From IMG/VR virus record IMGVR_UViG_3300048918_000107: 64,000 nucleotides of DNA; one strand, 5' to 3'. Below, piece by piece: positions 25,344 through 33,869 of the stretch (the first letter of the stretch is position 1; each line of letters opens with the position of its first letter). Below the pieces are notes generated by a model. That model made no database searches, had not been told where the DNA came from, and worked only from the letters and a program-made list of their open reading frames with translations. The DNA comes from a virus. A program made the position numbers and the translations under genes.

Positions 25344-25784
25344 ATGACCAACACCGCCGCCACTGAGATCACCGCCCGCGCCGCTGCCATCTCCTCGCAC
25401 GAAGAGTGGATCGCTTTCATGACCGACGAGAACAACATCACCGAGTTCGCACACGAGGCGATCGGCATGGACCGCATGGACCTGGATATGTCCTTCTATG
25501 GTGATCAGCTGCTGGTGGCTGGTGAGGTGCAGTACTACCTGCGTCTGGAGATCAAGACCGACGCTGAGCTACTGACCGAGTACGTCGACAACGAGCGGGC
25601 CCATCGCGAGATTCGCTTGATGGACGGTTGGGATTACGACATGGAGGACTATGAGACGCACCGTCGTCGCCAGGGCGATATCTGCGCCTTGATGGAGTTC
25701 CGTCGGATTCGCAAGGTCTACATGCAGAACCTGGCTCTGACTCACAACCCGTTCCTGGCCCTGCAGACCACCTACGCCGCCTGA
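25344..25784 (+). CDS. hypothetical acidic protein (leaderless start)
   Basis: Track ORF. The ATG lies 7 nt after -10 CATACT. Confidence 0.65.
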   Translation: MTNTAATEITARAAAISSHEEWIAFMTDENNITEFAHEAIGMDRMDLDMSFYGDQLLVAGEVQYYLRLEIKTDAELLTEYVDNERAHREIRLMDGWDYDMEDYETHRRRQGDICALMEFRRIRKVYMQNLALTHNPFLALQTTYAA

Positions 25785-25812
25785 CCATCACCCACCCCAG
25801 AAGGAGACCACC

Positions 25813-26631
25813 ATGGCCACCAAGACCAACGCCCGCGAGAAGTTCATCCAGTACGTCAAGGACAACGGCTGGATTCCTGATCCGACCATGACAATCCGAA
25901 AGCTCACCGGTTACGACAAGAGCACGGAGACTCACGTCTACGGGAACGTGCAGAGCCCGTTTGCTTTCATGACAACCAACGCCCCTGACGGCGGCACCTG
26001 GCACATCTACCTGGACTACTCCATCAAGTCGTTTTCTTGGGATCGACACGATCGGATCAGCAACACCCTCAAGGGCATCGTGGTTGATTATGTCGACGCT
26101 GATGGGCAGGACCGGCGCAGGATCGGCATTCTGGCCAACATCGACAACCAGTCGTACGACACCTACCGCAAGAAAGCTCTTTGGCATGCGTTGCGGCAGG
26201 AGAAGCCCAGCGGCTCCGCGTCGTTGATCGATGCCGCCAAGCTCCTGATCAAGGACCCGACGACGGCTGTGTGGCTGTCTTTTCAGAAAGACCATGAAGA
26301 GCAGCTGAGGCTGGATGCTGCTAATGCCGCAGCCCGGAAAGAGCACATGTTGCGAGCGCGTCCGCTGCCTGTCACGGTTAGCTCGGATGGCTGGTCGTCG
26401 GAGTGGAAGAAGTTGACTCATCGGCTCAAGAGTGTCGCTGGAAACATTCATGACGCCGACGGCAAGGCTGATCTGGTGCAGCTGGTGACGGACCTGGTCA
26501 TCGCCACCGAGGAGATTCGTTCGGTGCTAACTGATGAGGCCGAGCAGGCTGTCGAGGCCAACCTGCACGAGGTGCACGCCAAGCTGACCGTGCAAGACCT
26601 AGAAGCACTCAAGAAGTTCCTGCAGTCATGA
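25813..26631 (+). CDS. hypothetical protein
   Basis: Track ORF preceded by the CACCCACCCCAGAAGGAGA leader. Confidence 0.65.
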   Translation: MATKTNAREKFIQYVKDNGWIPDPTMTIRKLTGYDKSTETHVYGNVQSPFAFMTTNAPDGGTWHIYLDYSIKSFSWDRHDRISNTLKGIVVDYVDADGQDRRRIGILANIDNQSYDTYRKKALWHALRQEKPSGSASLIDAAKLLIKDPTTAVWLSFQKDHEEQLRLDAANAAARKEHMLRARPLPVTVSSDGWSSEWKKLTHRLKSVAGNIHDADGKADLVQLVTDLVIATEEIRSVLTDEAEQAVEANLHEVHAKLTVQDLEALKKFLQS

Positions 26632-26951
26632 GCGAGCCCGTAAGCATGCTGATTGCCTTTGTCGTCGCCCTGGTGTTCATGCTGGGGCTGCAGTGGAGTG
26701 TTCGCAAGGTGGTGAGCTGGTATCGCGTGCGCCGGTTCCGCAAGATCGTGCTGGAGCAGTTCGGAGGCGACATGGAGGCTGCTCAGGTCGTCATTCAGGA
26801 CGCCCTCTATCTGGGGCTGGCCGAGCTGTTCAACGCTCAGGAGATGAACGCGATGGTGTTCGACCTCCGTCAGCGCATGGGTGCGATACACTCAAACCCT
26901 GTAGTAGAAAACAACAAAAAGGAGAACCATGGGCGTCAAGCTGCTGGCTGA
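26628..26951 (+). CDS. hypothetical protein with N-terminal membrane helix
   Basis: Track ORF with ATGA overlap. Confidence 0.55.
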   Translation: MSEPVSMLIAFVVALVFMLGLQWSVRKVVSWYRVRRFRKIVLEQFGGDMEAAQVVIQDALYLGLAELFNAQEMNAMVFDLRQRMGAIHSNPVVENNKKENHGRQAAG

Positions 26952-27120
26952 GAAGCGTGGGTCGCTTCAGGGTCTGGACGTGTCCACCATCGTGCGTCAA
27001 GCCTATGGCGAGGACTACAAGTACGACCCGTCCATCGCCAGTGATGAGCACGTCGGCGCAGTGGTCCACAAGAGCACCGGAGCCGTCATCGACCACGTGG
27101 TGGAGTTCCATGACGTCTAG
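26929..27120 (+). CDS. hypothetical protein
   Basis: Track ORF with an AAAGGAGAA RBS. Confidence 0.5.
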   Translation: MGVKLLAEKRGSLQGLDVSTIVRQAYGEDYKYDPSIASDEHVGAVVHKSTGAVIDHVVEFHDV

Positions 27121-27964
27121 GCCGGTGACGACTGTCAACACCATGCTGAGTGACCCAGGGGCCAAGCCTGAGCGCGCGGTCGTCAAGCCCAAGCCACTGA
27201 CACCTGAGCAGGCTTTTCTGAGCGAGGTCACCGAGCACCGGATGACCATCATGAAAGATGAGGGCCTGTACCGGCACGTGAAGTTCGCCCGGCCCGATTC
27301 GAGCATGTACAGGTTCGACCTGGTGACCTGGCCCGGCCATCTGGTGATCTGTGGGGACCTGGAGGACTATCACTTCGCCCGGACGCCGGACATGTTCACG
27401 TTCTTCCGCAATAACCCGGACCGGCCACACTCGATCAACCCGGACTACTGGGCCCAGAAGTTGACCGGACACCGGCAGCAGGCTGAGACCTACTCGTTCG
27501 ATGCTTTCAAGACATCGGTGACGTGGGACTTCCTGTGGAACCGGGACTCCATTCCCGATGGTCAGCGCCGCCGGGTCTGGAGGGCGATTCGTGAGGAGAT
27601 TTTCGATGATCCTGACGTTCAGCACTCCCGTGAGGCGGCGTATCAGGCGGTCACCGAGTTCAATGTGTGGTTGCCGGGTGAGTCTCGCGGTGAATCGATC
27701 TTCCGATTCCACGACACCTACGAGCTGAACTTCACCGACTGGGACTGGCACTTCCTGATCAGCCTGCACGCGATCGTCTGGGGCATCAAGCAGTACGACA
27801 CACGCACGCACCACACCGAGGCCGAATGGCTGCGTGAGGACCTCTCATCGGCCCGCATGGAGTCCAGGATGCTCAAGGCATCGGTGAGTCACCTGGAGGG
27901 AAAGGTGCGATCCCTGGAGGGTGAGTACCAGGACCTGCGTAACGATGTGCTGAGAGGGGTCTGA
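27110..27964 (+). CDS. hypothetical protein
   Basis: ATG with a GGTGGAG RBS, inside the long track ORF 26693. The N-terminal extension of that ORF is out-of-frame junk. Confidence 0.65.
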   Translation: MTSRPVTTVNTMLSDPGAKPERAVVKPKPLTPEQAFLSEVTEHRMTIMKDEGLYRHVKFARPDSSMYRFDLVTWPGHLVICGDLEDYHFARTPDMFTFFRNNPDRPHSINPDYWAQKLTGHRQQAETYSFDAFKTSVTWDFLWNRDSIPDGQRRRVWRAIREEIFDDPDVQHSREAAYQAVTEFNVWLPGESRGESIFRFHDTYELNFTDWDWHFLISLHAIVWGIKQYDTRTHHTEAEWLREDLSSARMESRMLKASVSHLEGKVRSLEGEYQDLRNDVLRGV

Positions 27965-28273
27965 ATGGCAGAAGTCTTCGAGATCGCTGGACAGATCAAG
28001 CTGTTCAAGGCTGGACTGATGGGCACGGCGGTCACCGTGCACAGCAGCTACGAGGGTGGCTACGGCCCGCACGTGCTGGAGGTCGAGCCGGGCAAAATGG
28101 TCATCGTCCGTTTGGATGATGAAGAGATCGAGACGCAGCTGGAGTTCGCGGGCGCGTACATCTGCGGCTTCATCGAGGCCGTGGGTGGTGACCTGCGGAA
28201 AACCAAAATCTGGCTGGAACCGTTCCATGATGTTCTAGGAACTGTTGACACTGACCATGTAGAACCCGTATAG
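27965..28273 (+). CDS. hypothetical protein
   Basis: Track ORF. Its 3' end reads through a TTCTAGGAACTG box, and its TAG lies inside TATAGT. Confidence 0.6.
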   Translation: MAEVFEIAGQIKLFKAGLMGTAVTVHSSYEGGYGPHVLEVEPGKMVIVRLDDEEIETQLEFAGAYICGFIEAVGGDLRKTKIWLEPFHDVLGTVDTDHVEPV

Positions 28274-28274
28274 T
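28233..28274 (+). promoter_or_regulatory. box copy fused to near-consensus promoter upstream of DUF932 gene
   Basis: TTCTAGGAACTGT at 28233-28245, then TTGACA-18 nt-TATAGT with TGTAGAA in the spacer. Confidence 0.5.
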
Positions 28275-28323
28275 CGTTTTTGTCAGTTCAACTACTTCTC
28301 GCCCACAACGAAGGAGACACCCA

Positions 28324-29547
28324 GTGTCCACCACCATCCTCCCCGACCTGCCGACCACCAACCTGATCGGTGCCGACATCCCCACCCTGATCTCGGTGCT
28401 CAAAGACCAGGACGCCCAGCGTCTGGACGCGGTCGTGCCGCGTAGCTCCATTCGGGTCAACTCGATGGGCAACCTGGAGTTCGCCACGATTGATGAGGTC
28501 GAGACCACCAAGCCGATCATCACCCTTGAGGGCTCGCCCACTTCGTTCAACCCCTCCGGTGCCTACGGATTGACCGCCAACGCCGAGGCTCAGGTCGCCG
28601 CGATGTTCAAGATTCCGCTGGAGTACCTGCGTCGGTCGAAGGTTCTGGACCCGGCTTTCTACGCCCAGCAGATCAACGAATGGGCCAAGGTCGCCGAGGG
28701 TGCCAACATGCTGCGCCTGATGTGGGGCAAGGTCGAAGGTCGTCCGGAGCTGACCGGCATGGCCCGCGCCATCATGAGTGACAAGTACAAGCGGATGGAC
28801 AACTTCGACACCCTGGTGTCCCTGCTGGAGGGTCTGGGTGAGGCAGGCAACGCCGCTGGTATCGACATCGGTCCGCAGCACATCCAACAGATCAGCCTGA
28901 CCGACTCGCGGATGTACATCGACATCAACGTCCCGGAGATCGCCATCAACGGTCGCGAACTGGTCAAGGGCTACCACAGCCCCTACACCGGTCTGAGCGG
29001 TGCCGAGCTGCCCTTGATGAACGCGGGTGTGCGGATCACCAACTCCGAGACCGGCAAGGGCCGTTTGGCCTTCATCCCCCGCGCGATGTTCCAGGTTTGC
29101 ACCAACGGCATGCAGATGAACGCCTTCGGCATGTTCAAGACCCACCTGGGCACCAAGATCGAAGAGGGTGTCATCGACTGGTCCGACGCCACCATCGAAG
29201 CCCACGACCAGCTCATCAAGAGCCAGGTCAAGGACGCCGTCAGCACCTTCCTGTCGACGGACTTCCTGGACAAGATGCTGACCGAGGCCGAGAAGGACGC
29301 CGGGGTTCCCGTCGCTCGCCCGGAGACCACGGTCCAGCTGGTGGCCAAGGAGATGCGCTACACCGACGAACGCGCCGACGCGATCCTGAAGAACTTCATG
29401 GAGGGTGGCAAGTTCACCTCCGGTGGTCTCTTCCAGGCCGTCACCGCCACGGCTCGGGACTTGGCCCAGGTCGACCCGGACGCCGAGTACGAACTGGCTT
29501 CCAGCGCTCCGCAGGCCATGAAGGTCGCGGCCAAGGTCGCCAGCTAG
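28324..29547 (+). CDS. DUF932/DUF945-like phage-plasmid protein
   Basis: The segment GVRITNSETGKGRLAFIPRAMFQVCTNGM resembles the NS.DGS...F.VC.NG signature. GTG start with a GAAGGAGA RBS. Confidence 0.65.
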   Translation: MSTTILPDLPTTNLIGADIPTLISVLKDQDAQRLDAVVPRSSIRVNSMGNLEFATIDEVETTKPIITLEGSPTSFNPSGAYGLTANAEAQVAAMFKIPLEYLRRSKVLDPAFYAQQINEWAKVAEGANMLRLMWGKVEGRPELTGMARAIMSDKYKRMDNFDTLVSLLEGLGEAGNAAGIDIGPQHIQQISLTDSRMYIDINVPEIAINGRELVKGYHSPYTGLSGAELPLMNAGVRITNSETGKGRLAFIPRAMFQVCTNGMQMNAFGMFKTHLGTKIEEGVIDWSDATIEAHDQLIKSQVKDAVSTFLSTDFLDKMLTEAEKDAGVPVARPETTVQLVAKEMRYTDERADAILKNFMEGGKFTSGGLFQAVTATARDLAQVDPDAEYELASSAPQAMKVAAKVAS

Positions 29548-29557
29548 CCACCTGAAC

Positions 29558-29601
29558 GAGGCCCGGTCTCCCTTACCCCCCCCCCCAGGAGACCGGGCCT
29601 C
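29558..29601 (+). terminator. hairpin terminator candidate with poly-C loop
   Basis: 14-bp stem GAGGCCCGGTCTCC/GGAGACCGGGCCTC with a 16-nt loop containing C11. No U tract follows. Confidence 0.55.
29576..29586. repeat. C11 homopolymer
   Basis: Counted directly in the sequence. Lies in the loop of the 29558-29601 hairpin. Confidence 0.9.
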
Positions 29602-29630
29602 CCCACTTTCCACCCACCAGAAAGAAGACC

Positions 29631-29849
29631 ATGAGCGCCAAGATCAAGCGAAGCGTCAGCATCGACGTCTGCTGGAGAGACCTCAAGGGGCAGGACATCA
29701 TCGACTTTGCCGAGGAGATCAAAGCGGCCAACGGCGCAAATGATCCGGTCAAGTGTGAGGTCACGGCGCACGAGCCGGACCACAGCAAGGGTCAGTACTT
29801 CACCAAGTACGACGTCATCCTGACGCATTCGGGACCTGCTCATGACTGA
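29631..29849 (+). CDS. hypothetical protein
   Basis: Track ORF preceded by the CCACCCACCAGAAAGAAGA leader. Confidence 0.55.
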   Translation: MSAKIKRSVSIDVCWRDLKGQDIIDFAEEIKAANGANDPVKCEVTAHEPDHSKGQYFTKYDVILTHSGPAHD

Positions 29850-30600
29850 TCTGAAGACCCGGCACTACGCCGAAGCGGTCATCCTTGCTTCGGTGCTGAC
29901 CGTCACGAGCTACGTCCTGGCCGAGGTCGCAGGATGGCAGGTCACCACCGGATGGGTGCACTGGGTCGAGGTGTTGGCCGTGTGGACCAGCTACGTGTCC
30001 ACGTGGCTCTGCGTGCGCCAGCGACGCTGGAATTACGTCTGGGGATCGATCAGCTCGGTGTTGTACGCCGTGTTGTTCCTGCAGTCCAACCTGCTCGCCT
30101 CAGCCATCCTGAACGCCTATCTCGCGCCCGCGCTGGCCTACGGCTGGGTCCGCTGGCGTCAGGACACCAACACCCGGCCTGTGGCCAACCTGAAGTGGCG
30201 CTGGGTGCCCGTCTACGCCATCAGCACGGCGGTCGCCTACTGGGGAGCCGTTCAGGTCGCTCACTTCTTCGGTGGCTCCATGGCTGCGTGGGACTCGGTC
30301 ATCCTGATCGGCACGATCCTGGCCCAGTTCCTGCTGGACAACAAGAAGCTCCAGACCTGGTACGTCTGGGCGGTTGTCAACGTCATCGCCATCATCACCT
30401 ACTCCACCTCAGGGCTATGGCTGGTCGCTTTCCAGTACGTCCTGTTCCTGATCAACACCTACATCGGATACCGAGTCTGGAAGAAGAGCCTGATCAAGCA
30501 GTCACGGGAGCTTTACAAATTCGACATCAATACCAGTCGCTGGCCGTTCGAGGAGTCGACCGGAGAGACAACGATCAAACTCAAATCGGAGGAATCGTGA
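29842..30600 (+). CDS. pnuC: nicotinamide riboside transporter PnuC-like
   Basis: About 7 TM helices. Two internal repeats carry W..G...Y/N..YGW..W-type motifs (NAYLAPALAYGWVRW; NTYIGYRVW). Confidence 0.75.
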   Translation: MTDLKTRHYAEAVILASVLTVTSYVLAEVAGWQVTTGWVHWVEVLAVWTSYVSTWLCVRQRRWNYVWGSISSVLYAVLFLQSNLLASAILNAYLAPALAYGWVRWRQDTNTRPVANLKWRWVPVYAISTAVAYWGAVQVAHFFGGSMAAWDSVILIGTILAQFLLDNKKLQTWYVWAVVNVIAIITYSTSGLWLVAFQYVLFLINTYIGYRVWKKSLIKQSRELYKFDINTSRWPFEESTGETTIKLKSEES

Positions 30601-31661
30601 CGCGTAAAGCGTTCGTCCTAATGACAGCCATGCCGCCGACCACGGGTCACCTGCAGCTGATCCAGTTCGCTAAGGGCTTGTCCGATCACGTCGTGGTGAT
30701 GTTCACCAGCCAGCCCGATGAACCGTTCGCTGAGGAGCGCGCGCTGGCGCTGCAGATCGCTATCGATCGAGTTGCTCCACTCACTCACGCGGAGTTCATC
30801 CACTACACCCGGCCTATGGACCCCAATCCAGAGTCCGAAGGCTTCCGGGACCGCTGGGCGGGCATCATGATCGGTGCCGGTGCCAACCCCGGTGACCTGC
30901 TGGTGATCAGTGAGTCCTGGGGTCGGTGGTTGGCCGAGATGACCGAGATGGACTGGCGTCCCTACGACATCGCTCGGGAGATCAACGCGACCAAGGGCAC
31001 GCGGGTGCGCGAGGACCCGTACCGGAACTGGGACGCCATCCTTCCGGAGTTCCGCAAACACCTTCAGGTACGTGTGACCATCTTCGGGGCGGAGTCGGTC
31101 GGCAAGACCACGCTGGCTCAGCGTCTGCGCGAAGTGCACCACGGCAACAGCCGGTTCCCGGCATGCACCGTGCTGCCCGAGTACGCGCGCCCGTATCTGG
31201 AGAACACCGTCAACGAGATCACCGTGCGCTCCATGAAGGCGATCTGGGAGGGCCAGCGGGCGCTGCAGCGCCAGGAGTACTTGGATCACCCGCTGATCGT
31301 TCAGGACACTGACCTGTTATCCACCTGGGGGTACTGGAAGTACTGGACAGAGCGAATCGATCAGAAACGTGATCTTGGCTGGCCACCCGAGCAGCTGTAT
31401 TCGGACGCTCGCGAGCTGAAGAGTGACCTCTACATCATGCCGCCGTCGGTGGTGCCTTTCGAGCCCGATCCGCTGCGTTACGGCGGCGATCGACGGGAGA
31501 TCGAAGACCACTACTGGGTGAACCTCTGCGCGTGGCAGAACCTGAACTTTCGGGTGCTCGGTCAAGACCCTGACCTCTGGGTGCACGAGTCGGTGAAACT
31601 GATTCAGGATGAGATGACCAAGAAGGCCGAGCTGATGGCCTATGACCGTAATGGGTACTGA
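30597..31661 (+). CDS. nadR: NadR-like bifunctional NMN adenylyltransferase / ribosylnicotinamide kinase (no HTH domain)
   Basis: Nucleotidyltransferase motif PPTTGHLQLI. P-loop GAESVGKTTL. GTGA-coupled start with a GGAGGAA RBS. Confidence 0.75.
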   Translation: MTRKAFVLMTAMPPTTGHLQLIQFAKGLSDHVVVMFTSQPDEPFAEERALALQIAIDRVAPLTHAEFIHYTRPMDPNPESEGFRDRWAGIMIGAGANPGDLLVISESWGRWLAEMTEMDWRPYDIAREINATKGTRVREDPYRNWDAILPEFRKHLQVRVTIFGAESVGKTTLAQRLREVHHGNSRFPACTVLPEYARPYLENTVNEITVRSMKAIWEGQRALQRQEYLDHPLIVQDTDLLSTWGYWKYWTERIDQKRDLGWPPEQLYSDARELKSDLYIMPPSVVPFEPDPLRYGGDRREIEDHYWVNLCAWQNLNFRVLGQDPDLWVHESVKLIQDEMTKKAELMAYDRNGY

Positions 31662-31668
31662 GAAGGGT

Positions 31669-32226
31669 ATGACCGTCCTGGTCAGTGATGATCGCGGGCG
31701 CGTCGCCTGCGGGGAGTATCTGGCTCTGGAGATCGTCGCCTATGAGATTCTGGCTGAGGACCGGCGCAATGGCTCCAAGCGCATAGTCGACCAGCAGTTT
31801 TGGCTGTCTGAAGAGCAGTTCAGTCTGCGATACAAGCACGAGGTCTACAACAAGAACGGCGTCGCTGAGGCATCCCTGTATCAGGGCATGTACCGGCGGG
31901 CGTACAACCCGTTGATGGCGCATGACAGTCGACCGAGAAGGAAGTTCCGGGTCAACAGTGATGAGCTTGAGGACCCTTACTTCGATGTCAAAAGGCAGGG
32001 GGCGACACCCCATGCGAACATCAGTGCAGACCCCTGGGGCCCAACCCGGTCACCCTGGTGGAACGACTATGGCTACCACGGTCTGGACCGTTATCAGCGC
32101 TGCCGCATCCGCCGGGCGTACTGGTCGGCAGGGTCGCAGAAGCTGATCGTCAAGGCACAACTGGCCGAGAAGTACGGAGTACCACCCTGGGTCATCTCAC
32201 GAGTTGCGATATCTTCCAGGAGCTGA
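31669..32226 (+). CDS. hypothetical protein
   Basis: ATG with a GAGAAGGG RBS. In frame with track ORF 31642. The next promoter lies in its 3' end. Confidence 0.6.
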   Translation: MTVLVSDDRGRVACGEYLALEIVAYEILAEDRRNGSKRIVDQQFWLSEEQFSLRYKHEVYNKNGVAEASLYQGMYRRAYNPLMAHDSRPRRKFRVNSDELEDPYFDVKRQGATPHANISADPWGPTRSPWWNDYGYHGLDRYQRCRIRRAYWSAGSQKLIVKAQLAEKYGVPPWVISRVAISSRS

Positions 32227-32232
32227 AATACT
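32204..32232 (+). promoter_or_regulatory. early-type promoter (inside 3' end of upstream gene)
   Basis: TTGCGA-17 nt-AATACT with a TTCCAGGAGCTG box. Confidence 0.55.
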
Positions 32233-32260
32233 TGAACACCACCCACGAGAGGAAAAGTGC

Positions 32261-32587
32261 ATGATCGGAAAACTCCTCGGAGCGACCCTAATCGCCGGGG
32301 CGGTCTTGACCGCCGTCCCAGCCCAGGCTGATGAACCCTTCATGGTGTGCCCATCGGGCAACACCGGGGTGGCCAATACGGTTACCTCTTGTCCGTTCGC
32401 CGACAGCGTCCGTCTGGCCTACATCGCCCAGGGTGCCGGTGAGGTCATCGCTCACTCATCGGTGACCGGCGAGGTCTACGGCATGTGGTGCATGCCGGGC
32501 CTGCAGGTACGCACCCTGTCGTGGCCGTACAGTGCGCGAGCGGTGCGCTGCTCGGGAGGAAACAACGCTGTCGTGTGGCTGTTTTGA
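32261..32587 (+). CDS. secreted Cys-containing protein
   Basis: Signal peptide MIGKLLGATLIAGAVLTAVPAQA. Leader CACCACCCACGAGAGGAAAAG. Confidence 0.6.
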   Translation: MIGKLLGATLIAGAVLTAVPAQADEPFMVCPSGNTGVANTVTSCPFADSVRLAYIAQGAGEVIAHSSVTGEVYGMWCMPGLQVRTLSWPYSARAVRCSGGNNAVVWLF

Positions 32588-32643
32588 CCCTGGGTGCAAG
32601 CCTTCCGGAACCGTCAATAGGTGATCGACCGGAAGGAGCTTTC

Positions 32644-32985
32644 GTGAACAGCGAGAAGTCCATCTACGTGAAGCTGTACCTCGGTGAGCAGGACGGATAC
32701 GAGGACACCATCATGACCGTGAACGGTCGGTGGCCCGATCACTTTTTCGTCCATCCGCTCAGTGATGCGCCTCAGGTGCAGAATGCCGAGCGCGAACACG
32801 CCGATGACAAGGACATTGTCCGGGCTATCAAGGATGCGCTGGCAGTGCTGTGCTACGAGTTCACCAAGGCCGACCCCAAGGCGGGCGTGACGGGTGGGAA
32901 ACAGTACCTGTACACGCGCTGCCCAGCGTACGACAGGGCTGTTGTAGACCCTGCCGCCGAGGGCGTGACACCTCCAAAGGTGTAG
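32644..32985 (+). CDS. hypothetical protein
   Basis: GTG start with a GGAAGGAG RBS. In frame with track ORF 32485. Confidence 0.55.
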   Translation: MNSEKSIYVKLYLGEQDGYEDTIMTVNGRWPDHFFVHPLSDAPQVQNAEREHADDKDIVRAIKDALAVLCYEFTKADPKAGVTGGKQYLYTRCPAYDRAVVDPAAEGVTPPKV

Positions 32986-32998
32986 GAGGTATCACCCC

Positions 32999-33460
32999 AT
33001 GTTCAAGAACGCAGAACGCGACCCGCTGGCCATTCCGTCACGGGGTGCTCGTCGTCCGTCGATGGGTCCGATGCGGCGTGTCGCTGCGGCTGCTGAGGAC
33101 GCTTACGACCGGGAGGCCGAGGATGAGATGCATCGTCGCCACCAAGAGCGTGGCGGGGAGGGCACCCCTGATCCTCGCGACTTCCATGCCAATCTGCCTC
33201 GGCCAGTTGCCAAGGTGTTGGATCGGGAAGCGCGCGCCTTCATGGAGCGTGAAGGCAATACCGATGACCGTTCAGAGCTTCTCTACCGCGCTCGCCGTCA
33301 CGCGAGCACTCTGACTTCCACCTGGAGCCGAGACGCCTCGGAGAAGGTCACCACGGCCTTCTGTGGACGTGTGGCAGCGTTGATCCCCAGCAGGCCTCGC
33401 ATGGCTGCTGCTCAGCCGGTGACCAAGTTCGCCGACTTTGACGATTCGCTGCTCTACTGA
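32999..33460 (+). CDS. hypothetical charged protein
   Basis: Track ORF with a GTAGGAGG RBS. Confidence 0.55.
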   Translation: MFKNAERDPLAIPSRGARRPSMGPMRRVAAAAEDAYDREAEDEMHRRHQERGGEGTPDPRDFHANLPRPVAKVLDREARAFMEREGNTDDRSELLYRARRHASTLTSTWSRDASEKVTTAFCGRVAALIPSRPRMAAAQPVTKFADFDDSLLY

Positions 33461-33509
33461 CCGCCGTGTTTCTTCGAGGAGGGCGGCGTGAGCGAGATGA
33501 GGTTTAGCA

Positions 33510-33749
33510 GTGGCGAAGTGGCGCAATCCGCTCGCGGACAAGAAGCCCACCACGGTGGGCCTCTTTCTGATGACCGCACTCTGGGCTGGCTTCCAGTGGA
33601 AGGACCCGACACCTCCGCCGGTCCTTGACCAGATTCTGGTCGCAAGTTTCGGTGCCTGGTTTGCGGCGGAAGCAGTAGACAACAACAAAAAGAAGAAGAA
33701 CGATTCTGACCAGAAGGACGATGACGAGGACACCAAGGGTGGAACCTGA
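33510..33749 (+). CDS. membrane protein with Lys/Asp-rich tail
   Basis: Track ORF with two hydrophobic helices. Confidence 0.5.
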   Translation: MAKWRNPLADKKPTTVGLFLMTALWAGFQWKDPTPPPVLDQILVASFGAWFAAEAVDNNKKKKNDSDQKDDDEDTKGGT

Positions 33750-33869
33750 TGCATGTGCTCTCCGATATCCTGAGCGGTTTTGCGACCTGGCATACGCCAG
33801 TGTCGTTCCTCGCGGGTATCGGTACACACCGTCTCTGGATTAGGTTTTTGGTTGATAGGGAGGCACCAC

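Noticed and set aside
29934-31661. 575-aa + strand ORF that would fuse about 220 extra N-terminal residues to the NadR-like protein. Similar long-ORF artefacts occur at 26693-27964, 20171-21484, 12452-13048 and 46268-47164.
   Set aside because: The extension overlaps the PnuC gene in another frame and is Arg/Gly/Pro-rich junk. A GTGA-coupled start with a GGAGGAA RBS at 30597 fits much better.
8585-32232. Whether the recurring ~30-bp element could be a CRISPR array or MITE-like repeat.
   Set aside because: Copies are 0.3-6 kb apart, not regularly spaced. All are in one orientation relative to the downstream gene and have exact -35/17 nt/-10 geometry, so they are promoters.
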